Shown here in pieces: positions 48,505 through 60,374 of a stretch of DNA of 64,000 bases. The notes beneath the pieces are model-generated. The model worked only from the letters and a program-made list of their open reading frames with translations, ran no database searches and had not been told where the DNA came from. This DNA is from Utricularia gibba (lineage: Eukaryota; Plantae; Magnoliophyta). Both the position numbers and the translations under genes were made by a program. How positions within the stretch are numbered: position 1 is the stretch's first letter; each line of letters opens with the position of its first letter. The stretch covers positions 744,001 through 808,000 of the forward strand of contig NEEC01000012.1 in the NCBI GenBank assembly GCA_002189035.1. The letters run 5' to 3'.

Positions 48505-51500
48505 CTATACACATGTCTCCATATCTAAATCTACAGTCTGATTCTCCGGTATGAGTGCAGGCCCGTTTGGGTCCTCTTCGTCGTCACTGACATCTAGACC
48601 GATGTAATCTGGGAATTTTCCATCATGAAAACCTGCATCAACCTTACCTGTAGAGAACGGCTTCTCTACGAATGAACAACCAGCAGCAGCAGCATCGATG
48701 AGCTCACTGTCGAAGTATCGTCCACGAGGAGCATTTGCATCACCAGGATTAGGCGTCTTGTCTGCTTTTATCTTTGGATGGTGGAGCTTGCACGTGGATG
48801 CCTGAGGGCATCTTCCCGTGGCTTCAAATGCAGGACACACGTATGTGTGTTTCCTTGGGCACTAGAGTTCAGACAGACAGTAAAACATTTTACAAGATCT
48901 AAGGTTAGCGGCGAAAGCAGAAGCGAGAACCATGAATGATGATCTGGTGCAGGATTCAGCATCTGAAGGTATCTTACAGAACTGGATCAGCACCCAGTCC
49001 AAAGAGTTGGATACAGGAATATATAAAAGAGTGCTTTAAAAGGTAACGAAACAGGGTGGACAGCACATACCTCATTTCCATCGACACAATAGCCTCTGAG
49101 GAAACTCTCACAGACAGATGAGTTGGGGTTTATATTAGCATGTCTATAAGGGCAATTATCATTCGAGCATGATCCTACAACAGGATAAGAGTGCCAAGAA
49201 ATCAGACGCCCTAGGAAGTTATTCCCAAACACATGCAAATCAATGATGCTTATATTGCCCACCTTTCAAGAAGTAAGAGCAATCTTGCATCCTCTCAGGG
49301 ATAACCTGCATGACATGATTTTGAGCATTAATATGCACATCCATGCTTAAGCATTAAGATAAGCCACCACCTTGTGAGTCAATTTGCAACCGGGATTGGA
49401 ACAAGATCCACTCAGAAACTTCGTGCAAACCACAATTTTAGATGGGTCATGGATGTAAGGGCACTTTCCACCATCCTTGTTGCATTTTCCATATCTGGTA
49501 AAAAATTGGCAATATTTTCTCTTCCTAGCCAACCGTAATCTGGCAGTATGCAGGCTCCGTCGGATCTTCTCACTTGCTAAAACTCGAGTTCGTTTCTTTG
49601 GATCTCTTACCAATTGGTTTCCTTTGCCAATTCTCACGTATCTAACCAAAGTTTAACACATAAGTCACAAACCCTCGGCCATAGTCTTTTTTTAAATCAT
49701 CGAATACATGAGAAGAATAAATGCTTGAGCTACAAAGGTGAGATGTAGGTGTATATATTAAAGGGTAAATACCAAATAGAACTTACTTTTCACAGCCTAA
49801 CAAAAATTTCCTTGGTACACAATTCTCGTTATTGGTCTGGGAGTGGATAGCTGAAGATGATGACCCTCGTTCGGCTGCATAGAAAAAAGGGGATGGGGCG
49901 TTAATTACCATATTACAGGAAAGTGCAAATGCAGCAGCAGTTGTATTTATGGAAGAAAAGAGGTTCGAATATGCGAACCAGCAGACACTTCCAGTGCAGA
50001 AGTAAATAAACTTTGGGTAATTCCCTAACCAGTGGACAGCTTTAAAAAGGAAAACCAAGAAACAACCTGTGATTCTCTGAAGAGTCCTCCTTGATGGATC
50101 CATCTTGTATCGCTCCGAACCAATTAGAAATGTTCGATCCCCTGCTTTATAGAAAGTACAATAAATATGGTTTTTGATAAACAGTAAGGCACATGGCATA
50201 CACGCCGTGGACACGTATTAAAATCAAACAAATTCAGATTCATCCAACCCAAGATTCCAACATCTTACTTGGCCACACCTCTACACAACAAACTTACTTG
50301 GAATAGAACAGCTCAGTGATGTCACACCAGTCTCTCCATCTTTTGTAGACTCCTTCACAGAACTGCCAGCAGAGATATTCTCCTACACGGAAGCTATTGG
50401 TTCATTGATGAGGATGCTTAGCTAAAATCCACGAGAATCAGTATGAAACTAACCTCAGTGGCCTCCTTCGTACACTTCTCAGTGGATTTCACCCACTTTC
50501 GGGCAGACTTGTAGACATTTTGGGCTCTGGACATCCTAAGAGAATACCCATGAGATGATCTAACATAAAAGGTACCTCTTTTCCTTGTAAATAAGAATTT
50601 TTTACTGCAGAATAATTTAAAAACACCAATAGATCAGTAATATTTAGTTTATGATGCATATCAAGAATTTCTTGATGGTCCACAAAAAGAAAAGAGCATA
50701 AACAAACATACCTAGTGGGCAGCGCATCGGTGCTGTTTTCTCTCATATAAACAGCATGCTTACAGCTTCTCCAGAAAGTACTTTTTTTCCATGGTAAGAT
50801 ATGTGGAAAAAACTTTTGAGTGGCGATCACTTGCTTATGTTTGCTTGGAGACTGCTTACCATGTAACTTCCAAACAAAAGAAAAATTCGAGTATTTGATT
50901 GCCTTTGAAAGAGCAATGATCCGCTTTGTGGATGGCCTTGTAAGAGTCGCACGAGCCAAAACTTGTGGAGGGCTTATGCAAGTCTCTGCTTTCTTGTTAT
51001 GAAATCCAGAATGTTTTCTGACAAGCTGGTTGTCCTTACTCTTGAAGTAGCCGAGAGATGATGCTTCACTTTTTTCCAGATTGGCAGATTTGCCAGCGGG
51101 AGTGGGAACTGCAACCAACTGATATCTTTTCCTTTTTATGTATCTCATCTCCTTCCGAGACTTTTCATCTTCTACCACATAACGACAGTCAGAATTATCA
51201 AGTAAATCTGCATTGCAGATAGGAACCATGGAGGTCATCGCTGCACCTTCCTTTGAAGTTTCAAGTGTTTGGCAAGGTAAACCATTTCCAGGGGTATTCA
51301 TAGCTAAAATTGGGCTATCAGATTGCTTATCTGGGAGCTGTGATGATCTTGAAGCGTCAGCACCATGAGTCCTGCCATTACATGGCTTTCTATCTTTATT
51401 ACAACAAGAAATCAGCCTAGAAACAGGCCTCTGAATTGAAGGTAAACCATCCCTTGAAAGAAGTGGCTTCCTCACAAGAGTATTACCCTTTCGCATATAT

Positions 51501-54013
51501 ATATCTGCATTTTCTATGGTCTTCTGAACTTTCAAAAGAGATGTAGGTGGTAATTTTGGTTCTACAACTCCATTAGCATTGTTGCTACTTCGATGCCAAG
51601 TCCTTGCTTTCAATGAGTGATGATAACCAACCAATCTGCGTTTCTTTAGATAGAGACTTTTTTCTTTTTCTAGTTGACTGGCATTTTCATCATCAGAAGA
51701 ACCTATTATAGAGCCAGACAGCAGACCTCCCGAACGTGTCATACCTTCTGAATCAGCTCCACCCTGGGGTGCAGTTTTATGAGTTTGACCCGGCTGTTCC
51801 ACATTAGCATTAACAACATTCTCAGGTTTCTGAAGCAACTGTCTGAAATCTACCATAGATGAGCTTGTCAGGCTCCCTTGAGGAACCTCATAAGTGTCAC
51901 TGCCATGATCATCCAGGGGAGAAGTAATTTTGGAAACATCTTCCACAGCCACCAGTTCATGGTTAGAAGAGTCTCTATTTACGTTATCAACTCCAAGCCT
52001 ACCATTTTCGTGATCTTCCAGGGATTGAATGATTTTCGAAGGTTCTTCTATGGTAAAGCTTTCCAAAGATACGAGCTCATGATTAGAAGAGTCCTTATTT
52101 GCATCTTCTCCTTTATCATTTGCCATACTGCTGAATGCAGCATTTTCTGCACAACACTCATCTTTTAGATTGATCCTAAAACCAGTATTCTGATTAGTAT
52201 CCTGATCAAGGGAAGAATCTGCATGGACAAGACATCCTATTTCATCAAATTTCAACATTGATGCACCGTCAGCATCCTCAGCAGTACTCAGTGGTCTCTC
52301 TCGACGACCATGACTATCCGCTTGTACACATGCAGCAGCAAATGCTGACAATTCTGAATCTCTGGAGCTCCTTCGTCTCTTTAAATTGCACGCTTGGCCA
52401 ACAGTCTGGACATCAACACTTTCATTACAATTATCAACAATAGATGTATCATTCCCACTATGCAAAGAGTTTTCATGGAAATGCTGTTCCCTAAGCCTTT
52501 TATTTTTCGATAAACAAGTCAGGCCTGTGGAACCTAGATCAATAACGTTGGAATTTTCACAAAAACCACTACCAGCGCCAGAAGCATCAGATCGGGGCAC
52601 TACCTCACGTGTTAGATTGGGTTTCAACACCTCCTTTGTAGACTTTTTGGTTGATAAATCAGTCATGGTATTGACAATTTTTTTTGTCTTATTCTTCAAA
52701 TTGGGATGATCCTTGACATCTGAATGAGATGGATATACAATATGTTCAGCGACAATCACATTCGACATGAATGGGATTGCAGAGTCTAAAGGGTCATTCT
52801 CTCTCTCCCTCTCATGAATTCTTTCACATTCAATCATCTTTCCTCTTTCCTTTTTTCTTAGAGTTGCAGCATATCTCGATTCCACAGAGCGGCAATCTTT
52901 TCTGTCCTGAAAAACAATTAAAGCATTTATTTTTTTTATTCTACGCCTCTTGGAAGATCTGATCTGTAACTCGTGTTCTTTCTGATAACTCAATTCTCCC
53001 TTTGAAGGTCCTTTTGGTTGGGGACCATTACCCCGTTTCCAATTCTTAAATTCAGTGTTTGTGTAAGAGCATTGGTGGTGATCACTTAATCCATGACCCC
53101 GTCTTCCATGGCGATGCTCCCTGCCAATGTGTAGCCTATGATCCTGCACATTTAAACTACTTGGCAATGCGACACTGTTCCAATGCTTATCAAAGGAGAT
53201 ACGCTGATCCAGATGACTTATACCACCAAATGTTGATTCAACATGTCGCACCCCATTATACAAGGGACGACCAGGATCACCAGCAAAAGCAGGCCATCTG
53301 CGATCACCTTCAACGCTCCCACTGTATAGGTCGCGGAACGGTCCATCACTAGAACTTTCCCAACTTCCTTCACCAAATCCCCTCTGCGCGTCAAAATTAG
53401 GACCCAATACACAAACACTTCTACGCCTCCCATCTAAGCGCCTCTGACTAAACAAGTCGATATTGTAGTCATTCACAAAAATCCTACTGCCGTCATCATA
53501 GTTCTGTTCGTAAATGCATCCCCTCTCGTCATGCAAATCAGGACCCAATCTGTAAACCTTCCCAAATCTATTTTCACCTATACGCCTGTCAGGAACCCCT
53601 CTCTGGTCATCATAATCCCTTGGCAACAGGCATCTTATTTCAAAATCCCTGGTGGAAAAAGAACTCGGATGGCTAAAATGCGCGTTTTCTGGAGGGAAAA
53701 GTGCCGCAGGCGGCAGCACAGGGTCGGGTAAAGATTGAGATCCACATCTGGTGTGGCCGGTATCGCAAAGATGCAACCCACTGATACGAAATCGCTGAGA
53801 GGAGAAATTAAAGCGAGGATAAACGGGATACCGTACCTCTTGAAATGCTTTCATGGAAGATGGGTGCGGAGGAAAAACATCTGGCAGCCGATGCAACGGT
53901 GGGGGCGGCGGCATGTGACGATCGAACGGTTGCCGATCAATATCGTGCGTAGGAAACAGATCTCCATACCAGATTCGGTGACGGAAAGGCTGTGGCGTCG
54001 TAGGAAGATCCAT
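48505..54013 (-). CDS. C3H7: CCCH zinc-finger protein (C3H7 / At1g21570-80-like, ZC3H3-type), about 1492 aa. Exons: 54013-50712, 50604-50454, 50382-50298, 50144-50067, 49874-49787, 49641-49371, 49305-49263, 49174-49071, 48861-48505
   Basis: All eight introns are GT-AG with compatible phases. Five C-terminal CCCH fingers: CQFFTRYGKCNKDGGKCPYIH, CTKFLSGSCSNPGCKLTH, CSYFLKGSCSNDNCPYRH, CESFLRGYCVDGNECPRKH, CPAFEATGRCPQASTCKLHH. Also YKMDPSRRTLQRI and RGRYF. Confidence 0.9.
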
Positions 54014-54145
54014 AGGTTCACTTGAATCAACGGAAGTTTTTCAAATTTCACAACCTTGCAGGTTTGCTTGTACGTTTGTTCATCGACCAAACGATTCAAT
54101 GGCGAAAGATGTTTTGTTCACAAAACCGCTTGTTTATCGACAATC

Positions 54146-54205
54146 GGCCCAACCCGGCCCGGCCCACTTAAGGATAAAGATCCTGGGCATCAAGACCCAA
54201 TGGGC
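54146..54205. promoter_or_regulatory. Cluster of site II-like (GGCCCA/GCCC, TCP-type) motifs 130-190 bp upstream of the C3H7 ATG
   Basis: GGCCCAACCCGGCCCGGCCCAC and GGCGGGCCCAC; motif match only. Confidence 0.55.
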
Positions 54206-54420
54206 GGGCCACTGCATCCCATCCTGCAGCTCTGCAAGTACTTCTCTAGGACTCTTTTCTCCGAGCTTCTTCAATCCCTCAAAAACAGGGCGAGGTGTAA
54301 GCTGATGCTTTTCTTTAAAAGTATTGTATCTTATAGGTATGGTGTATGATCATGTACGATATCTACAGATTTGGGGGAAGGAAGACAGACAACATGCACA
54401 CAAACGCATACAGTGTTCCT

Positions 54421-57400
54421 TCAAAGAGCTCTTTGATCCAGCCTCTCGTTCCAGTTCAAGCACCGTATCAGGCTTTGAAACCAGTCGCATGTTTGGTCGG
54501 ACTTGTTCACCGTGGGAAGCGGATGTTGGCTCATTCTTATACTCACGGAGTCTCCTCTTGAGAGCTGCTGCCGCCTCTTACCGTCGAATGAAACCCAAGC
54601 GTTGCTTCGAGCGTCCTCTGGAATCTGCCATTGCCCAAAAGAAGATCACCGCATCAGGTGAAGGAATCTCTCTATGGCTCAACTACAACAACGCACAGGA
54701 TTTGAGGAAATCAAAGATGTATATAGCACAGGACACCTTCAGTTCAAGTCGAGCTGAATCTGGGAGTATGACAGGTCTGAATGAGAGCGAGTGTGGGCAA
54801 ATCGGAGTGAACAACATGCAAGGAACATTAGGATGGACCTGAAATCGGAAACAGTAAAATGAGAATCACATTGCATGTAGTGAGTGAGGCTAAGCAAGCA
54901 GCAGCCGCACCATTGACCCTCCGGCTGCAGAGGAATATGCAGTACTTCCGGTGGGGGTGGCGACTATGACTCCATCGCCTTGCACCTTTGAGCGAGTCAC
55001 CATGATTCCAGTTTAACCACAACCGGGGGAAATAAAAAGACAGCATTCTGCAAGCATACCTTGGTGATAAGGCGGTCATGCTCATAGCATTCAATTTTTG
55101 AAAGATAAGGATTTGATCCTCGATCAACAACAACTTCGTTTAAGACATCAAATCTCTTTCCAGGGACGGCTTTCCCATTGCGAAATATTTCGCATCGGAG
55201 GCGCATACGCAGAGTGATATACACTCCATCAGTTGTGCTGTTTCCGTGAATCACATGCCTAAGATCACTCTTATGATCTTCAAACTGGACAAGGAAGAAA
55301 TGGATTTATACTAAATATGACTGACTGTAGGTTGGCAGTATCAGCAAAGAGCCATACCGTATGGGAAGCAAGAAATCCAAGTGACCCAAGGTTAAATGAA
55401 ACAACTGGAGGGACGGCACCCCTGAATAAATTTGATGCATGGAGTATGACCCCATCTCCTCCAAGGCAAGTCACAAGATCAACCCTTTCATGCAGGTTGC
55501 TGCAACGATATGTGAACGCAATACTCAGGCTAAACAAAAGGAAATGGTTCTAGCGAACTAGAAGAAAGCAGAAAATTGCAAGGCAAAACTAGAAAACCTT
55601 GTATCCTGACTGTAGAATGTTTGAACAAACCCAAATCCCGGAATTCTTGCTAGAATGTCATGAACCTCAGGTTCCACAAGAACATTCATATTCTCTTGGT
55701 AATATAAGAATGAAGCAACCTGGAGAGCACACAAAACTCTGGTTCATAAAGTTTCAGGTTCTTGGAAACTACTCTCGTTTTTGATTTGTTCAACTTTTAT
55801 CTGCTTGAATTATTGGTCGGTATTCTCATGAAATAAAGCATCTATGAAGAGTATGCCTACCTCTTGAACTTCATCCATCAGCTCTTGGCCCAGCTTCTTC
55901 AATAACAACACTGTCTTTGGTGCAGATTTCCACAAAAGCATCTGCTGCTGTGTGCTAGGATGAGTGAATGCCAAAGAAGATTCTGTTACTTTTTCTCTTG
56001 TACAAGAAACCCCATCCGTTCTCACTAAGAACATCTCAGCTTTTTTTCTTGATTGCACTCTAACAACACCAGTTGCTGAAGCACACATATTTCCTTCAAT
56101 CATATCCATGTTTTCTTCATCTGAAGAAATGTAGTTCTCAAAAACTTCAGTAGTTTGCTGAATGACAAAGTTAGAGGTCTCATCCTTCTTCTTATCATCG
56201 TTTGGGTCTTTGTTATCATCACTTGACCCACTGTTGTCATAAATACCATTGCTAGGTTTAGCATGAACAGAAGATTCCTGATATGAACCATATGAGGGAA
56301 TCATCAGTCTTGCACCGCCATTTGATCCATTAGCCAAGTCTTGACCACCGACTGTGAAACCAGACGTCTTTCCACCTTTTGTGGCCACCCCATTAGATTG
56401 ATATGGTGATGAAGACCATTTTTTTAACTGTTTCTTTCTGGAGAAAGAGTATGTGTCAGGTGAAATTGATCTACTTCTGAAAAAATCGGACATCTCCTTT
56501 CTGGAAAAGATATCACGAGGAGGTACTTGGGACTTTAATGGTTTAGTATCTGCAGTGAAAGCGACGTTTGATGATTCCCCATTGGTAACGAGAACTGTTC
56601 CATCTGTGTTCCCAGTAGCACTATCAGATCCAAGATCTAGTTTAGGTCCGCTTTGTGAGGGTGAACTTGATGGATCAGGAGACACAGAAAGCTCCTCACT
56701 TCCATCAGGAGAGACTGCACCACTGTTTGAGCTTGTTGAAGAATCTAAATCTTCCACTCCTTGGGTATCTCTTGCTTTCACCTCAGTGAAACTATCTTGC
56801 CTTTTGGCAGATGCCTTAAGATCCATGACTTTCCTCCACCTAGAGATCATAGAAGATGTCCTCCATCTTCCTTCATTACTGCATACATAAATGAACCTCT
56901 TATTCAGACTCGACACTATGGAAGCAAAGTGCTCAACCTGATCCATTGAAGGTGCAACACCTACTTCAACAGGAAGTTTAATAAGCTCAATCTTTCCAGA
57001 CAGTACAGCTTCATCAAGAACGGCTTCATAGAAGCTGTCCTTCACGGTTTCTGCCCTGAGATCAATAATTGTTCGAAATCCCTTTTCCAGTAGCCATTGG
57101 AGACCTTCATCTGTCACTTGCCCACCTTTCCAAAATGCAACCTCCAAATCATCTAACTGTGATCTCTCTTTCGAATTAGAAAAAGAAACGCGTCCCCAGT
57201 TTGCAAATAATGAGTGGCAGGGCTCATCCTCAAGTCTAGGAAAACCAGAATCATAGCACAAGTTTTTCAATCTCTGCAGTTTCCTCCAAACATTCAAGTT
57301 CTTATCGTCACCTGGCATCAAATATTTCTCAAGAGCAGCATGGAGACTTTCACAATATCTCTTCATCTCAGAACGAAATTTCGCAAGCGGGGAATCTGAT

Positions 57401-58138
57401 CATCAATATCTGTTTCACCAGTGAACTGAAACGAGCTCATAGAAGAGGATCTCCCCAACATAACATCTCCCCTTCCCTTGTTTAACAAGCATATCATGCC
57501 ACCTAGAACCGATACTATTTTATCTTCCAAAGTCAATTTATCCTCCGGTGATACATCATAAGAAACGGTGCATTCTCCTGTAATTGGACTGCACAATGCA
57601 CCCATCACAGCATTGTGAAACCGTTCAGCTGCCCTGAAGATTCTGCAGTAAGCCTCAACTTCTGCTATGTCTCCAGGAAGCGGTCCAGCCAATGGCAAAT
57701 GCGATGATTCATAGGAGTATGTACCCTTCAAAATCATGTCAATTACGAAGGTGAAATACAAAAGGATGGGATGAACCATTTCCCAGACATAGTGGTGGGC
57801 AAAAACTGTCAGCAAGAGCTCACATTTCCGATTAAAATAATTTCAGCATACATATAACTTTGCAAAGTAACAAAAATTACATTATAACAAACCTGAAAAT
57901 CAAAACCGGTATTGGTCGACAAGGAGTTGTACAGCTTCGAGTTAACAGCAAGGCTGAAACGGCGTCTTCCCACTTCCGTCCATCTTTTTCTCTTGGAGTG
58001 ATGCCGCAGAAACCCGAGAACCTTGAGTTGGCTCACATGATGCCAGAAAAACGGTGACCCAGAAACTCGATTGGAGTGGGAGTGGCACAGGCAACTGTAG
58101 TCATTGGAAATATAGCAAGCCGAAGACGTCACCGCCAT
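54421..58138 (-). CDS. NADK2: NAD kinase 2, chloroplastic. Exons: 58138-57893, 57725-55861 (1-bp frameshift at 57389-57392), 55719-55598, 55499-55358, 55284-55060, 54985-54911, 54838-54737, 54624-54421
   Basis: [83 protein letters not shown] and [12 protein letters not shown]. All splice phases are consistent; the frameshift is the only lesion seen. Confidence 0.93.
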
Positions 58139-58489
58139 ACAGACCACACCGTGAAGATAAAATGGATTCAGAAAAAAACCATTTCTTCAATCCGGCATCA
58201 GGGTAGGTTTGGTTGTTCTGGCTGAATTGACGTGGTTTCTTCGGGTAGCATCCTAAAAGCATTGAGCAGTGTAATGACAAAAGTATTTTTTGTGTGGATA
58301 GAAGCGATGAACACGTTTGGGATTATTCAATTTTGGTGATGGTAACCCGCAGCGGGCACTTGCAAATTGCAATCCTCTGCTTAATTCCTCCCTCAGGCAC
58401 AGATCTGGTAAATGGATAAAAGCGTATTGGGCTACGCCAGCAGGGATTGAGCCCGCTCCGGTGGATCATGGCTTGCCGCCGGTCCCGTC

Positions 58490-60000
58490 CACGTAGTTGG
58501 CTGGCTGGCTCTAGTCTGTCTTGTCATGGGAAATAAAGAATTGGGCTTCTTATTAATCTGCCTTGTGTAACTCCGATCTGGTCCAGAAAAAGAAGCGCAA
58601 GCTATATCGGATCATGTTGCCCCGTGCCAAAGAAGCCCAACAGGCCAACCTTGTTGCTGAATTGCCTCACTTGGAAGCTTTAGAGGCATTGAATGAGGAA
58701 GACCAAGTGGTGAGGTGAGGCGTGCCTCCGGGGAGGCGCCCTCCCTCCACAGCGACTCATGACCGTACTATTTGCGTGTGGTAGTAATAAAGATGATAGG
58801 CATAGCGGAGCGAGCGTGGGAAGAGCAGGAGGATTCCTGTCCTCCATTCATTTAAGCTTACCTCAACTCACGGCACTCAGTGTCACTGGGCAGGGGTCAC
58901 ATCGGGGCGGCCAAGAGCCGGAGCTCAGGCTGTGTGTGTTGTTTTGCAGGAGTAGGGTAGAGTAGGGGCGGCTGGGAATGCACTTGCATTCATTCATTCA
59001 TTCACGCCCACGCCCCCCGATTATTCATTCATTCCTGTAGGTACCGCACCCTCTCCTCCTAACCTATCCTATCCTCGAGTTTTATTTTGAGGGGGTTGGT
59101 GGGGGGTGACACATTGCTAGCTAGCTATATTCCAACCTTAAAATAATACAGGAATGATTGCACCTATAGAGCACACGGAGAGGCGAAAGCTCCTCCACCG
59201 CCGTCGGTCTGAGGCCCCTTCCCCTGCCCCTCGCCGTCGATTTCGGTCTGGTTCAGCAGGCGAGGAGGAGTGTCCACATGGGCGGCCCGGCCCGGCCCGG
59301 CCCGGGTAAAAGAAAGGATGGATGGCTGGTTGGCTGGCAATAGCGATTGATCCTATTCCTATTCCTGGCTCGCTCACTCGCTCACGCCACCATAACAAGG
59401 GAACGGGTGGTGTGGTGTGGTGTGGTGTGGCGTTGTGTGCGGCCCACGTGGAATGCCCATCCCACGCACTGCACAACAACCCACATACAATTAATGAATT
59501 GCAACTTGCAAGTGGAGAGGGGAGGCATGCCACCGTGCCCCCTGCCCCTGCCCCCCCCCCCTTCGAGTAGACAAGGACGGAAGATGGGGGACTCGCAACC
59601 AGAGGAGAGGAGAGGAGAGGAGAGGAGAGGATCCCGAATCCCCATGAGACAGACAGACACACACACACACACACCATTCAATTCAATGCCGCTCAACAAC
59701 TAACCCTACACTCCCCTTCCCTTCCTCCACTCTTTGCTTATTATCTGCTACCACCACATGGGCCCACCAACCCAGCCCATGGTTGACAAAGTAAATTGCA
59801 GACTTCCCTTTTTTCATTTTATAATTCTGAAAAATTGCGTAAATCCAGGATTGGATTGGATTGGATTGGGTTGAGTAAAGATGGGCAGATTTGGTGTCTC
59901 CGATGGGCACCGGACCCGATTGATTGTTTTTTCACTGGTCCTCACCACACCCCAACTTTCTTTCTTTCCTTCTTTCTTTCTCTTGCTTTACTTTTTTATT
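58490..60000. repeat. Microsatellite-dense divergent intergenic region
   Basis: (CATT)4 at 58987, (GGCCC)4 at 59284, (TGTGG)4 at 59411, (AGAGG)6 at 59601, (AGAC)3/(AC)n at 59647-59674, (GGATT)4 at 59848 and TTTC runs near 59955. Confidence 0.9.
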
Positions 60001-60374
60001 TTTCTGTTTGTTACCGCCAGCCCTCCTTGGATCCACTCTTCCCTTCCCTCTTTCTCACTTGACGACTTGGCTACAGTCCGCGTCGACCCAACTGGTGTTG
60101 TCCACGCCGCTGCCGCCGATCCCCCCACTGAACCACCGCCATTGATCCATGCGCTGCCACTACTTCTTCCCCAAGGTTAATGCTCTCTTTCTTTCCTTAC
60201 TGGAGGAGCCTCAAATCCAATAAAAGAAAAGAAGAAAGGAAAAATGCCATCTTTTGGTTCCGGGATGAGATCTCTCAATTTCACCGTGGATTTTCGACTC
60301 CAGTACTGCTGGTGAAGAATCACTGGGCGCCGGCGGCAGCGATTCCCTTGTAATGTAAGTAATATCTATGCCCC

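Noticed and set aside
50820-53731. Plus-strand ORFs opposite C3H7 exon 1, and similar shadow ORFs opposite SCL1, NADK2 and DUF632
   Set aside because: Antisense shadows of long coding exons with no independent motifs.
57389-57392. Programmed ribosomal frameshifting in NADK2 or DUF632
   Set aside because: No slippery heptamer or stimulatory structure seen, orthologues are continuous, and the shared G4 context favours sequencing error.
58139-58147. GTG start for NADK2, as given in the ORF track
   Set aside because: An in-frame ATG lies three codons downstream (58138); nothing supports non-AUG initiation.
59138-59703. ORFs of 82-179 aa between NADK2 and DUF632
   Set aside because: The translations are dominated by microsatellite-derived repeats and show no peptide-hormone or domain motif.
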